Of a DNA stretch of 64,000 bases, positions 28,660 to 39,174 are shown piece after piece. The position numbers and the translations under genes are program-made. Below the pieces are notes generated by a model. The model saw only the letters and a program-made list of their open reading frames with translations, had not been told where the DNA came from and did no database searches. The DNA is from Minisyncoccia bacterium (GTDB taxonomy: Bacteria > Patescibacteriota > Minisyncoccia > Phycocordibacterales > UBA9973). Within the stretch, counting starts at the first letter, position 1, and each line of letters starts with the position of its first letter. The stretch lies in assembly GCA_038251535.1 (NCBI GenBank), contig JBBSBF010000002.1, positions 2,220 through 66,219 of the forward strand. The letters run 5' to 3'.

Positions 28660-30549
28660 ATGTCAGAAGAAAAGATTGGATACCTCGAAGCCCTACAAAA
28701 AAGTCTCTATAGTCGCAATCCGGAAAATCTTCCAAAGCGCAAATTTGGTATTCTCCATCCAGTGCGGCAAAAGGCGACATCGACATGGGGAGATACAGAG
28801 CTACCAGAAGAAAAACCAACCAAACATAACGGTGCTTCAGGATACAAACGATTTTTTGTATTTGCAGTATTCTTTTTTGCGATTGCACTCGGGGCTGCAC
28901 TATTTTCATACTATCGAGGTGCGGTCACGCTTTCGAGCAAAAACGTTGACCTGACGATACTCGGCAACTCATTTGTGGGTGGAGGAGAGGAGCTTCCCGT
29001 ACAGATAGAAGTAGCAAATAAAAACTCAGTCGACCTCACCAATGCAGAGCTCGTCATCAACTATCCAAAAGGTGCAACTGACGAAACAGGGAGTGATGTC
29101 GTACGGATCGTGCGACCGATGGGGACGATCATGAGCGGCAAGACAAAGAGCGAGGACTTCATCGCCATTCTCTATGGTGAACAGGGGATCAGCCGTGACA
29201 TCAAGGCAACGTTGACATATCAACTCAAAGGTTCAAGTGCGACATTTCAAAAAGAAACAACGTATTCTGTCATGGTGAGTTCAAGCCCCGTCGGACTTAC
29301 CGTTGACGCGCCTACTGCAGTCGTGTCAAACCAGTCATTTACGTTGACTCTTCACAATACGTTTTCGGGGGACAAACTACTCAACAATGTCGTTACTCGA
29401 GTCGAATATCCAAACGGATTTATATTTCAGTCAGCAGTCCCGGCTCCCGCAAACGGTTCAAATGTTTGGAGTCTCGGAGATCTCCAAAAGGGTGATGAGC
29501 GTACCATCACGATCATTGGCAAGCTGATCGGAGAAGAAAATGATGAGAAGGCATTTCGTATTTACATTGGTACACCCGAAAGTGATACGAGTAGCAAGAT
29601 TGCAGTTGCGTACAACTCTGCGCTCGCGACACTGCATATCACGCAGCCATTTATTGCTGGCGCTATAAGTGTTGCTGACAAAACTGACGACATCATCGCG
29701 CTTACTATTGGAGACAAGGTGAACGGACGTGTTTCTTGGATGAACACTTCATCACAAACTATCACCAACCCTACGTTCACACTTGCTTTAAAGGGAGACA
29801 GTATCGACGAGGCTTCGATTGCAGCAGCAAACAGCTACTACGACCCGCTCGAAAAAACTATTTCTTGGACCGCTGATTCGGATAGTGCCATCAGTACCAT
29901 CGCCCCTGGTACCAAGGGAGAGTTGCCATTTTCATTTAACACAAAGACAAGTAGTGGTTCACGAGATATTTCTCTCGACCTATCTATTAGCGGCACTGTT
30001 CCTGATAGAGATAATCAAATACAAACTATCAACACGATCGATCAAAAGATCATCCGTTTTGCTTCCACTATACAGTTTGGTGCGCAGTCGCTTTACTCCA
30101 TTGGTCCTATCAAAAATACCGGTCCATACCCACCAAAGGCAAATGCTGACACGACCTATACCGTGACGTGGACCTTGCTTCCTACTGACAATCCGCTCAG
30201 CAATGTTGCCGTCAGTGCGCCGTTACCAGACGGAGTCAACTGGACCAATGTCATCGTTCCGAGTACTGAAAGTATCACTTTTAATCCTGATACCAAACTA
30301 GTGACATGGACCGTGGGTTCACTGCCAAGGGCAACCGCGATACCTAAAAACAAAACTGCCTCATTTCAAGTAAAGGTAAAGCCAACTAAAACTCAGGTCG
30401 GAAGTACGGTCTCGCTCCTCGGAGAGAGTACGGTTACTGCTACCGATAGTGTCACGACGACTCCGATAACGATAGTGAAGCCAACACTAACGACTAAATT
30501 TGACACAGACCCTATCTATACCGAAGGGCGCGATCGTGTGGTACCATGA
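28660..30549 (+). CDS. Membrane-anchored protein with repeated Ig/DUF11-like beta domains
   Basis: Single TM followed by repeated beta-rich modules (P.G....W.LG.L..G). Confidence 0.7.
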   Translation: MSEEKIGYLEALQKSLYSRNPENLPKRKFGILHPVRQKATSTWGDTELPEEKPTKHNGASGYKRFFVFAVFFFAIALGAALFSYYRGAVTLSSKNVDLTILGNSFVGGGEELPVQIEVANKNSVDLTNAELVINYPKGATDETGSDVVRIVRPMGTIMSGKTKSEDFIAILYGEQGISRDIKATLTYQLKGSSATFQKETTYSVMVSSSPVGLTVDAPTAVVSNQSFTLTLHNTFSGDKLLNNVVTRVEYPNGFIFQSAVPAPANGSNVWSLGDLQKGDERTITIIGKLIGEENDEKAFRIYIGTPESDTSSKIAVAYNSALATLHITQPFIAGAISVADKTDDIIALTIGDKVNGRVSWMNTSSQTITNPTFTLALKGDSIDEASIAAANSYYDPLEKTISWTADSDSAISTIAPGTKGELPFSFNTKTSSGSRDISLDLSISGTVPDRDNQIQTINTIDQKIIRFASTIQFGAQSLYSIGPIKNTGPYPPKANADTTYTVTWTLLPTDNPLSNVAVSAPLPDGVNWTNVIVPSTESITFNPDTKLVTWTVGSLPRATAIPKNKTASFQVKVKPTKTQVGSTVSLLGESTVTATDSVTTTPITIVKPTLTTKFDTDPIYTEGRDRVVP

Positions 30550-31925
30550 TGCCTATGGATGAAAAAAAGGTCTCAATGGAAGAAATAGTCAGTCTGTGCA
30601 AGCGCCGGGGATTTGTGTTTCAATCGAGTGAAATATATGGTGGATTGGCTGGATTTTGGGATTTTGGCCCACTCGGCGTAGAGCTTGCAAATAACATAAA
30701 AAAAGAATGGTGGAATGCAATAGTGCATGAGAGTGAAAACATCTTTGGTATTGATGGTGCAATCATCCAAAATCCTAAACTATGGGAAGCAAGTGGTCAT
30801 GTCGCTGGGTTTACCGATCCGCTAGTAGAAGACATTGTTACGCACAAGCGATATCGTGCCGATCATCTTGCAGGGGTCGATAGTAATGATGTTCTAGAAT
30901 TGACTCGATTGCTCAAAGACAAACTTTCTCCCGAAGGTAATGCGTTAGGGCCTGTGCGCACATTTAATATGATGATGAAGACTTTTGTGGGACCGATCGA
31001 AAATACTGAGAGTGTTGCGTATTTGCGTCCAGAGACCGCTGGTTCAATCTTTGTTAATTACAAAAATGTGCTCGATACAATGCGCGCAAAAGTACCGTTT
31101 GGTATCGCACAGATTGGCAAGGCATTTCGCAACGAAATATCCCCTCGTGACTTTATCTTTCGCGTGCGAGAACTTGAGCAAATGGAAATGCAATATTTTA
31201 CCTGGCCAAAAAATCAGGATGAGACATACGAATATTGGCGAAATTTTGCGTGGAGATTCCTTGTTGACCGTATGAGCATTGGTGAGAGTAATTTACAATG
31301 GCATGAACACGCTCCCGATGAGCGAGCACATTATGCTGCGGCTGCACACGATATTTATTTTAAATTCCCACATGGCTTCAAAGAATTGTGGGGCACACAT
31401 AACCGTACTGATTTTGATTTAAATAGCCATCAAAAAATGAGCGGTGCAGAATTGACATACTTTGATGAAGAAACAAAAGAACGTTTTGTGCCGTATATCA
31501 TTGAATCCTCAGTTGGTGTTGGACGTATGCTGCTCGCCGTACTGACGAATGCATATACCGAAGTCGGCGAAGGAGATGATGCACATGTCGTGTTGAAACT
31601 TAAACCTTCGCTTGCTCCGTACAAAGCCTGCGTCTCACCCCTTCTTAAAAACAAACCTGAACTTGTTTCAAAAGCTCGTGAAGTATTTCTCATGCTCAAA
31701 AAATCATTTGGATCCATCGTTTGGGATGATAACGGCAACATCGGCAAACGCTATAGGAGACAAGACGAGATCGGTACGCCGTACTGCATCGTGATTGATT
31801 TTGATACTCTAGGTGAAAATCCTGAGCTACTTAATACGGTAACAGTTCGTGACCGAGACACAGGACAGCAGGAGCGGATTGCGATCGGAGAGTTAGAAAG
31901 ATATATAAGTGAGAAAATAAAATAA
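30546..31925 (+). CDS. glyQS: Glycine--tRNA ligase (alpha2 type)
   Basis: KRRGF..SSEIYGG, YLRPETA, FRNEI, IGKRYRRQDEIGTP. Confidence 0.96.
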   Translation: MMPMDEKKVSMEEIVSLCKRRGFVFQSSEIYGGLAGFWDFGPLGVELANNIKKEWWNAIVHESENIFGIDGAIIQNPKLWEASGHVAGFTDPLVEDIVTHKRYRADHLAGVDSNDVLELTRLLKDKLSPEGNALGPVRTFNMMMKTFVGPIENTESVAYLRPETAGSIFVNYKNVLDTMRAKVPFGIAQIGKAFRNEISPRDFIFRVRELEQMEMQYFTWPKNQDETYEYWRNFAWRFLVDRMSIGESNLQWHEHAPDERAHYAAAAHDIYFKFPHGFKELWGTHNRTDFDLNSHQKMSGAELTYFDEETKERFVPYIIESSVGVGRMLLAVLTNAYTEVGEGDDAHVVLKLKPSLAPYKACVSPLLKNKPELVSKAREVFLMLKKSFGSIVWDDNGNIGKRYRRQDEIGTPYCIVIDFDTLGENPELLNTVTVRDRDTGQQERIAIGELERYISEKIK

Positions 31926-32189
31926 CCCTCAGTAGGGTTATTAGGCTTCATTGATTATGTCGCTTTTCATGTTTTTCAGTTCTCTTTTTTTCAATAATTA
32001 TTATTATTGTGACAAGAGACACAATAATAAGTATATATATAAGAAACGGAACATAGTCAAAGAAGTTATTCCAAAATCCAGTTGTTGAATATTTCATACA
32101 TACAAGTTTTGGTACTTATATAGAATACTCTCTTGGAAAAAATGTTGCAAGAGTTGCCCTGATGCTACTTTTCCTATTTAATACACCAT

Positions 32190-33464
32190 ATGAAAAAACC
32201 AATCCTCAAAACACTTCCAAACGGCTTGCGTGTACTCGTTATTCCAGAGCCAAATGCACTGACGTTGACCACATTGGTTCTGGTAGGTACTGGATCAAAG
32301 TACGAAACAAAGGCTGAAAACGGTCTTTCTCATTTTCTTGAGCATATGTGTTTCAAGGGAACAACGGCACTGCCATCTTCTCGGGCAGTCATGGAGACAT
32401 TTGATCGTATCGGATCAGTAGTAAATGCGTTTACGTCAAATGAGTATACGGGGTACTATGCAAAAGGCAGTCCAAAACATTTGAAAAAATTTGTCACAGT
32501 ACTCAGTGATATCTATATGAACTCCACGTTTCCTGAAAAGGAGATTGAAAAAGAAAAAGGGGTCGTTATCGAAGAAATCAACATGTACGAAGATATTCCA
32601 CAACATAGGGTGGGGCAGGCACTGACGACGTTGGTCTATGGAGACCAGCCAGTTGGATGGCCAATATTGGGCACGAAGGAGACTGTACGATCATTTACAC
32701 GACAGGATTTTATGCGATACAAGACCAAGCACTATCACGCAAAAAACACGATTGTTGTAGTTTCCGGTCCTGTCGAAGTAAAAGATGTGCAGGCATTGGT
32801 TCTAGATTCATTTGGGAAACTCGATGCTTCTGCGGCAACAAAAAAGAAAAAAGTGGCTGTCTCAAAAAAAACATTCAAAAGTGTTGTGGTGAACAAAAAG
32901 TCTGATCAAGCACATATGGTACTCGGGTTTCATTCGTTACCATACGGACATCGTGACAACCCGGCGATCGGTTTGCTCGCAACGGTCTTGGGGCGAGGAA
33001 TGAGCTCGCGGTTGTTTCAAGTACTTCGCGAAGAGATGGGGGCGGCATACTACGTTAGTTGTGGTAACGACACACAGACGGATACCGGGTTGTTTGAGAT
33101 TAGTGCGGGGATAGATAGTTCGAGACCAAACGTTATCTTGGAACGAATTTGTAGTATGCTCTCCAGTATGAAAGAAACACTTATCTCAGAACAAGAATTA
33201 CAAAAGGCACTTGAATACACACTCGGTATGATGCGTCTTGGACTAGAATCAAGCGATGATATGGCTGGTTTTTATGGAGCGCAGGTATTGATGAAGGGAG
33301 GGTTCAAGACTTTTGCGGAGATTGCAAGCGAGTACAAGGCAGTGACGGCAATGGACATCAGGCGAGTAGCGCGAAAGATCTTTGTTGCGGAAAACTGTAG
33401 TCTTGCTGTGCTAAGAGAGTTTACAGTCAACGATATAGACACCAAACCCTTTCGTTCCTTGTAA
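32190..33464 (+). CDS. M16-family (pitrilysin) zinc peptidase
   Basis: HFLEH, NAFT, EKGVVIEE, SSRLF..LRE. Confidence 0.92.
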   Translation: MKKPILKTLPNGLRVLVIPEPNALTLTTLVLVGTGSKYETKAENGLSHFLEHMCFKGTTALPSSRAVMETFDRIGSVVNAFTSNEYTGYYAKGSPKHLKKFVTVLSDIYMNSTFPEKEIEKEKGVVIEEINMYEDIPQHRVGQALTTLVYGDQPVGWPILGTKETVRSFTRQDFMRYKTKHYHAKNTIVVVSGPVEVKDVQALVLDSFGKLDASAATKKKKVAVSKKTFKSVVVNKKSDQAHMVLGFHSLPYGHRDNPAIGLLATVLGRGMSSRLFQVLREEMGAAYYVSCGNDTQTDTGLFEISAGIDSSRPNVILERICSMLSSMKETLISEQELQKALEYTLGMMRLGLESSDDMAGFYGAQVLMKGGFKTFAEIASEYKAVTAMDIRRVARKIFVAENCSLAVLREFTVNDIDTKPFRSL

Positions 33465-33494
33465 GTAATAGGTGCCAAATGGTACCATGGTGAT

Positions 33495-34568
33495 ATGCAT
33501 GAAAGTCAGACTCTCAAAGTAAGTAACTCCAGTATAATTAGGGCTATTTTGTTGATTTTGGCAACCTATGTGTTGTTCTTGCTTCGGGATATTTTATTAC
33601 TCGTTCTTGTTTCGATCGTCATCGCGTCGTTTGTGGAAGCTGGAGTTCACGCACTTTCAAAATACAAAATTAGCCGCATGGTCAGTGTGCCCATCATTTT
33701 TGCACTAACGATACTGATCGTATTTGCTATTTTTTATGCATTTGTTCCAATCATTGTTCGTGAACTTTCTGATATGTTGGCCTTGTTGTTCAAGTATTTG
33801 CCAGCTGATTCACCGATCAACCAACAGTCGATCCAGGGGGCGTCCGACTTTGTCGGTGCAATTACAAAACAATCATCATTCACTGATCTGTTGAGTAGTA
33901 TCAAGAGTGCGAGTGGAGTGCTGTCTCAAGGCGCAACATCATTTATCGGCTCAACATTTGGAGGACTGGTGAACTTTATATTGGTCGTTGTTATGTCGTT
34001 TTATCTATCTATCCAAGAAAAAGGTATCGATGCTTTTTTGCGACTCCTCACTCCTGTCCGCAATGAAAAATACGTACTCGATCTATGGACTCGCACGCAG
34101 CGCAAAATCGGACTTTGGTTCAAAGGACAACTCCTCCTGGGATTTATCGTCGGGGCTATCACGTTTATCGTACTCGCACTTTTGGGAGTTCAATATGCAT
34201 TTTTGATCGGATTGATCAGTGGAATCGCAGAACTTATCCCATTTGGGATTATATTTGCTGCGGTACCGGCTATACTTTTTGCAGTGATAGGCGGAGGGGC
34301 ACTCCTTGGTGTAAAAGTACTTATTTTTTATGTCGTAGTCCAACAGGTTGAAAGTTATGTATTGAGTCCTATTGTTGCTCGACGTATTGTCGGTATCCCG
34401 CCGCTCGTTGTGTTGCTCGCATTTTTAGTCGGTATTACGCTCGCTGGGTTCTGGGGGGCACTGGTTGCGATGCCTGTTGCAGTCTTTATGCTCGAGTACA
34501 TGAGTGATGTTGAAAAGAGACGACTCGCCCCGGTGAAGAAAAACCCAGGAGGTAATCCACTCGAATAA
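33495..34568 (+). CDS. AI-2E family transporter
   Basis: Multi-TM; W.KGQ, ELIP, QQVE..LSP. Confidence 0.88.
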   Translation: MHESQTLKVSNSSIIRAILLILATYVLFLLRDILLLVLVSIVIASFVEAGVHALSKYKISRMVSVPIIFALTILIVFAIFYAFVPIIVRELSDMLALLFKYLPADSPINQQSIQGASDFVGAITKQSSFTDLLSSIKSASGVLSQGATSFIGSTFGGLVNFILVVVMSFYLSIQEKGIDAFLRLLTPVRNEKYVLDLWTRTQRKIGLWFKGQLLLGFIVGAITFIVLALLGVQYAFLIGLISGIAELIPFGIIFAAVPAILFAVIGGGALLGVKVLIFYVVVQQVESYVLSPIVARRIVGIPPLVVLLAFLVGITLAGFWGALVAMPVAVFMLEYMSDVEKRRLAPVKKNPGGNPLE

Positions 34569-34570
34569 CT

Positions 34571-36034
34571 ATGAACAATAAAGACAAAAAGCCTTTTTAT
34601 ATAACGACGACACTACCGTATGTAAACGCAGCACCGCATGTCGGCTTTGCACTTGAAATCGTACAAGCGGATGCTATCGCTCGGTATAAACGATTGCAAG
34701 GAACTGAAGTATTTTTTAATACAGGGACTGATGAACACGGACAAAAGATATACCAAGCCGCCAAGGCAAAAGATCAAAAGGTTGAAGCATATGTTGATCA
34801 CTATGCAGAGCAGTTTCGCACTCTCAAAGGATTGTTCGGACTTTCCATCAATCGGTTTATTCGTACCACTGACGTCGGGCACATAGCCGCTGCCCAAGAA
34901 TTATGGAAACGATGCGAGGCGAAAGAGGATATATATAAAAAAAAGTTTAAAGGACTGTACTGTGTGGGGGATGAAATGTTTCTCAAGGAGGGTGATTTGG
35001 TGAACGGTAAATGTCCCAACCACCCAACCATGGATCCAGTGGAAATCGAAGAGGAAAACTATTTCTTCAAATTGAGTGCGTATCAAGAAAAACTACTCGC
35101 ATACCTGGATAGATCGGGTGTGGTTTTGCCAGAATGGCGTCGTCTCGAAGCAATCAAGTTTATTGAACAAGGACTCGAAGACTTTAGTATTTCGCGTGAA
35201 GTAGGTCGTATGAACTGGGGGATACAAGTACCAGGGGATGATACACAGGTGATGTATGTGTGGTTTGACGCGCTGACAAACTATATCTCCACGCTACAGT
35301 GGCCTGACGAAAGTGGAGATTTCAAAAAGTTTTGGCAGGACGGTGAAGTTTTTCAGATGGCTGGTAAAGATCAGGTTCGTTTCCAATCGATCATTTGGCA
35401 AGCAATGCTTATGTCGGCAGGTATCAAAAATACTGACACTGTCATCTATCACGGATTTATCAATTCTGGTGGGCAAAAAATGTCAAAGTCACTAGGCAAT
35501 GTCTTGAGCCCATACGACATGATAGAGGTGCTCGCACCGTTTGCTGGAGATTTTGCAACTGATGCGTTGCGATACTATCTCTTGCGACATGTCAGTATGT
35601 ACGATGATGCAGATATGACCCTTGAAACACTCAAAGAAGCATATCAGGCGAACCTTGCAAATGGTCTCGGCAATCTTGTCTCGCGCATTATGACGCTTTC
35701 AGAAAAGCACTGCGATCCGTGGGAGGGACTACCAGAGACAAAGCTCGCAACAGACATCGATGCATCTATTGCAGTATTTGATATCCAAAAGGCGATGAAT
35801 GCTATCTGGGACGCGATTGGCATGCTCGATGCTGAAATTCAACAAACAGAACCATTTAAGGTGATAAAAGTAGACGAAGATGCGGGTAGGGAACTCATTA
35901 CTCGACACGTACAACTACTCTACACCATCGCCGAATCCCTCACACCGTTTATGCCGACAACGTCAGAGAAGATCATGGGGCTTATAAAACAGAACAAGAA
36001 GCCAGAAAAACCATTATTTGTTCGACTGACATAA
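34571..36034 (+). CDS. metG: Methionine--tRNA ligase
   Basis: YVN..PHVG, GTDEHG, YVWFDAL, KMSKS. Confidence 0.97.
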   Translation: MNNKDKKPFYITTTLPYVNAAPHVGFALEIVQADAIARYKRLQGTEVFFNTGTDEHGQKIYQAAKAKDQKVEAYVDHYAEQFRTLKGLFGLSINRFIRTTDVGHIAAAQELWKRCEAKEDIYKKKFKGLYCVGDEMFLKEGDLVNGKCPNHPTMDPVEIEEENYFFKLSAYQEKLLAYLDRSGVVLPEWRRLEAIKFIEQGLEDFSISREVGRMNWGIQVPGDDTQVMYVWFDALTNYISTLQWPDESGDFKKFWQDGEVFQMAGKDQVRFQSIIWQAMLMSAGIKNTDTVIYHGFINSGGQKMSKSLGNVLSPYDMIEVLAPFAGDFATDALRYYLLRHVSMYDDADMTLETLKEAYQANLANGLGNLVSRIMTLSEKHCDPWEGLPETKLATDIDASIAVFDIQKAMNAIWDAIGMLDAEIQQTEPFKVIKVDEDAGRELITRHVQLLYTIAESLTPFMPTTSEKIMGLIKQNKKPEKPLFVRLT

Positions 36035-36036
36035 AT

Positions 36037-36843
36037 ATGAACATCATCGACACGCACTCACATTTCAACCTCTCGCAGTTCAATGACGATCGTGATGAGG
36101 CCATCGCGCGTATGGTGGAAGCTGGAGTAGGAACGATCTGTATCGGGATTGATTATGCGACGAGTGCGCTCGCGATCCAAATAGCAGAGATTCACCGTGA
36201 TATCAAGGCAATCGTTGGTATTCACCCGACGCACTGGGAAGTGGAATACAACTACGATCAGTTGAAAGTGCTCGCACAGCATCCCGCTGTCGTCGGTATC
36301 GGCGAGTGTGGCCTCGACTACTATAGAGAAAATGACCGTAAGAGCAAGCCCGCACAAAAGGCCTTGTTTCAGGCGCAGATAGATCTCGCACATGAGCTCG
36401 ATCTGCCGCTCATGCTCCATATCAGACCGCAAGAAAATCAAGAGAGAGATTCAAAAGCAGGGAACATGGACGCATACGAAGAAGCGCTTCTCATGCTCCA
36501 AGAAGCTCGAATACACTGGCCGAGTATGCGAGGGACTGCACACTTTTTTGCAGGGACGAAGGAGATCGCAGCACAATTTTTAAACCTTGGGTTTTATATT
36601 TCGTTCTCCGGTGTTATCACCATATTTCCTGAGTATGAAGTAGTCGTCGCATCAGTGCCGATCGATCGCATACTCCCTGAAACTGATGCACCGTTTGCAG
36701 CCCCGGTACCGTATCGGGGTACACGCAACGAACCAGCCTACGTCGTCGAAGTTGTCAAAAAGATCGCCGAAATAAAAGGACTTACTATAAAAGAAACGCA
36801 AGAACAATTACTTAAGAATGCAAAGCATTTGTTTGGTATTTGA
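36037..36843 (+). CDS. tatD: TatD-family nuclease
   Basis: DTHSH, GIHP, GECGLDY, ETDAP. Confidence 0.93.
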   Translation: MNIIDTHSHFNLSQFNDDRDEAIARMVEAGVGTICIGIDYATSALAIQIAEIHRDIKAIVGIHPTHWEVEYNYDQLKVLAQHPAVVGIGECGLDYYRENDRKSKPAQKALFQAQIDLAHELDLPLMLHIRPQENQERDSKAGNMDAYEEALLMLQEARIHWPSMRGTAHFFAGTKEIAAQFLNLGFYISFSGVITIFPEYEVVVASVPIDRILPETDAPFAAPVPYRGTRNEPAYVVEVVKKIAEIKGLTIKETQEQLLKNAKHLFGI

Positions 36844-36885
36844 TGATTTTAACTAAAAATTGTCAAAACAAGATATACTATAAAT

Positions 36886-37359
36886 ATGGAAAATACAGAT
36901 CAAAATAAAGATAAATCAAGCGATTATATAAAAGATCTATTAAGTACGGGGTTGGGGGAATACTCTTATGATTATGCGGATGCAGCGGCATGGAGACAAA
37001 GTAACTTTTATAAAGTTATTACTATTTTTTATGCAATTATCATAACTCTTTTATTTATTCTTGCTTTCAAGAATAGAGAGTTGATAGATAATAATGTAAT
37101 TTTTTATATCGCTATTTTTATCACAATCATACTCTTCATAATACGGAGGAAAATTATGATTAGAGTGTTAAACAAAATACCAGAAAATATATTGCAGGAT
37201 GAAGTAGCTAAAAAGAATCGTCAACTTGACAATAAGTTTAATAAATTTGCCAATATTGAACTTTCTAATAGTAAAACAATATATAAGACAATTGCCGTTA
37301 TCTTTTTACTAATAGTAGTTATCAGTGTTTCTTTGCTAATTAAATACAGAGTTTTTTAA
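36886..37359 (+). CDS. AT-rich hypothetical membrane protein
   Basis: 157-aa ORF with 3 TM segments. Confidence 0.7.
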   Translation: MENTDQNKDKSSDYIKDLLSTGLGEYSYDYADAAAWRQSNFYKVITIFYAIIITLLFILAFKNRELIDNNVIFYIAIFITIILFIIRRKIMIRVLNKIPENILQDEVAKKNRQLDNKFNKFANIELSNSKTIYKTIAVIFLLIVVISVSLLIKYRVF

Positions 37360-37414
37360 AAATAAAGTTTTAAATTTATTTTACAAACTTCTCCCAATAG
37401 GGTAGTATGCACCC

Positions 37415-37570
37415 GTAGCCCTATTTCCTGTAGTGGTCTTGCACCGAGGAGTCGAATGACCCTTTTGCTATAGGATATGTCCGAAATAGGCTCCCGATTT
37501 CTTAAACCGTAGGTTTGTAGAAAATCGCAGTCCTTTAGGGCTCCCGGATTGGGAACTCTACAGGGCTCTC
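37415..37570 (+). promoter_or_regulatory. Structured leader upstream of rpsF-ssb-rpsR (candidate ribosomal-protein leader)
   Basis: TTTACA-N17-TAGTAT promoter followed by several GC-richer hairpins. Confidence 0.5.
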
Positions 37571-37595
37571 ATTATTAAAAAATACAATAGTTCGT

Positions 37596-38120
37596 ATGAA
37601 AGAAGAAGCAACAAACCGGTTGTACGAGTTGGGATATCTTATTACTCCAACCACAACAGAGTCTGATATATCAAAAGAGGTAGATGTATTGAAAACATCA
37701 ATCACTACAATAGAGGGGGAGATCCACAGTGAAGGAAACCCAGAATTCATCGATCTCGCATACACCATAGAAAAGGATGTTGCGAGTAAAAAGATGAAGT
37801 GGAACCAAGCGTATTTTGGCTGGATCAAATTTACCGCAGACCCTGCAACGCTTGAAACGTTGAAAAAAGAGCTTGATGGCAATTTATCCCTGATCAGGTA
37901 TATACTGGTAAAGACAAACGTCGAGAATACGATTGTCTTTAAAAAGCCAAAAGTAGATGCAAAACGTGAAGTGTTTATGAGTGAAGAAGAGTTGGCAGCA
38001 CTTGAGGAAGCAACTGAAGAGTTGGTCGACGAGCCACAGGATGAACATGAAAAGCTTCCGTCCCTTGATATCGAATCATCTACTCCGTTGCCAGTGAAGT
38101 CAGAAGAAAAAGAGGTATAA
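37596..38120 (+). CDS. rpsF: 30S ribosomal protein S6 with acidic tail
   Basis: YELGYL.P, LAYTI, LIRYIL; position before ssb-rpsR. Confidence 0.9.
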   Translation: MKEEATNRLYELGYLITPTTTESDISKEVDVLKTSITTIEGEIHSEGNPEFIDLAYTIEKDVASKKMKWNQAYFGWIKFTADPATLETLKKELDGNLSLIRYILVKTNVENTIVFKKPKVDAKREVFMSEEELAALEEATEELVDEPQDEHEKLPSLDIESSTPLPVKSEEKEV

Positions 38121-38161
38121 TTTTGCTACTTTCTATTTACTACTAACTACTAACTACTTAT

Positions 38162-38647
38162 ATGTATCTCAACAAAGTATTACTCATAGGAAATCTCACT
38201 CGTGATCCAGAATTGAAAGCACTCCCAACCGGGACAAAGGTAACGAGTCTTGCACTTGCGACAAACCGTACCTGGAAAGATCAACAGGGTATGAAGAAGG
38301 AAAGCGTCGAATACCACAACATCGTCGCATTTGCTCGCCAGGCAGAAGTGATCGCACAGTACTGCAAGAAAGGCTCTTCGCTCTATGTCGAAGGGAGACT
38401 ACAGACCAGATCGTGGGATGCTGCTGACGGTGTGAAGAAATACCGTACAGAGATAGTACTCGAAAGCTTTCAGTTCGGACCAAAGACTGGCGGAAGTGAT
38501 ACTTCGTACTCTGGCGGTTCTACGAGCAGTGCGTCTCGTGGATCTACTATCTCTGATGCAGAAGCTCCACAGGCCGATAGTAAACCTGATCTTGATACGA
38601 TCGAATACCCAGACGAAGAGATCAATCTCGAAGATATCCCATTTTAA
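38162..38647 (+). CDS. ssb: Single-stranded DNA-binding protein
   Basis: [25 protein letters not shown]-terminal DIPF. Confidence 0.98.
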   Translation: MYLNKVLLIGNLTRDPELKALPTGTKVTSLALATNRTWKDQQGMKKESVEYHNIVAFARQAEVIAQYCKKGSSLYVEGRLQTRSWDAADGVKKYRTEIVLESFQFGPKTGGSDTSYSGGSTSSASRGSTISDAEAPQADSKPDLDTIEYPDEEINLEDIPF

Positions 38648-38664
38648 CCATTAGAAAAATATTT

Positions 38665-38865
38665 ATGAAAAACGATTACTTTAACGCAAACAGTATCCGG
38701 TTCATCGACTACAAAGACCTCGATAGTCTCAAAAAGTTCTTGAATCCAAACGGACGCATCCTCGGACGCAAACGTACCGGGCTTGCTGCAAAAAACCAGC
38801 GCCTTGTCGCAGAAGCAGTCAAACGAGCACGATTTATGGCACTATTGCCATTCGTTGCAAATTAA
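38665..38865 (+). CDS. rpsR: 30S ribosomal protein S18
   Basis: [22 protein letters not shown]. Confidence 0.97.
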   Translation: MKNDYFNANSIRFIDYKDLDSLKKFLNPNGRILGRKRTGLAAKNQRLVAEAVKRARFMALLPFVAN

Positions 38866-38875
38866 GTAAGGTGAT

Positions 38876-38903
38876 AAAAACCCCTCACTATGAGGGGTTT
38901 TTA
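38876..38903 (+). terminator. Intrinsic terminator
   Basis: aaaaacccctca-cta-tgaggggttttt. Confidence 0.85.
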
Positions 38904-38932
38904 TATGCTATAGTGATACAAATTTATTTGTT

Positions 38933-39139
38933 ATGAGTATAGAAAAATATCATATTCCAGATGATAAAGCATCAAAAATGGTCTTGTGCGGATTGGGTGG
39001 AATGTTTACAGGACTAATGTGGTTTGTTTTCCCTCTTACTCGATACCCGCAGTATACATTTATCGGAGTTATCATTTTTGTAAGTTCACTTGTTTTATTT
39101 TATTTTGGAAATAAAAGAGACATGGAATCAAGAGAATAA
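38933..39139 (+). CDS. Small 2-TM protein
   Basis: 68-aa ORF; TGnTATAGT upstream, hairpin downstream. Confidence 0.6.
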   Translation: MSIEKYHIPDDKASKMVLCGLGGMFTGLMWFVFPLTRYPQYTFIGVIIFVSSLVLFYFGNKRDMESRE

Positions 39140-39174
39140 AATCTATCATTTATTAGTGGTAGATTTTTTAATTT

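Noticed and set aside
37441-37460. tracrRNA-like or SRP RNA motif
   Set aside because: Only a short gcaccgag resemblance; no SRP GGAA-loop/AGCAG motif and no Cas9
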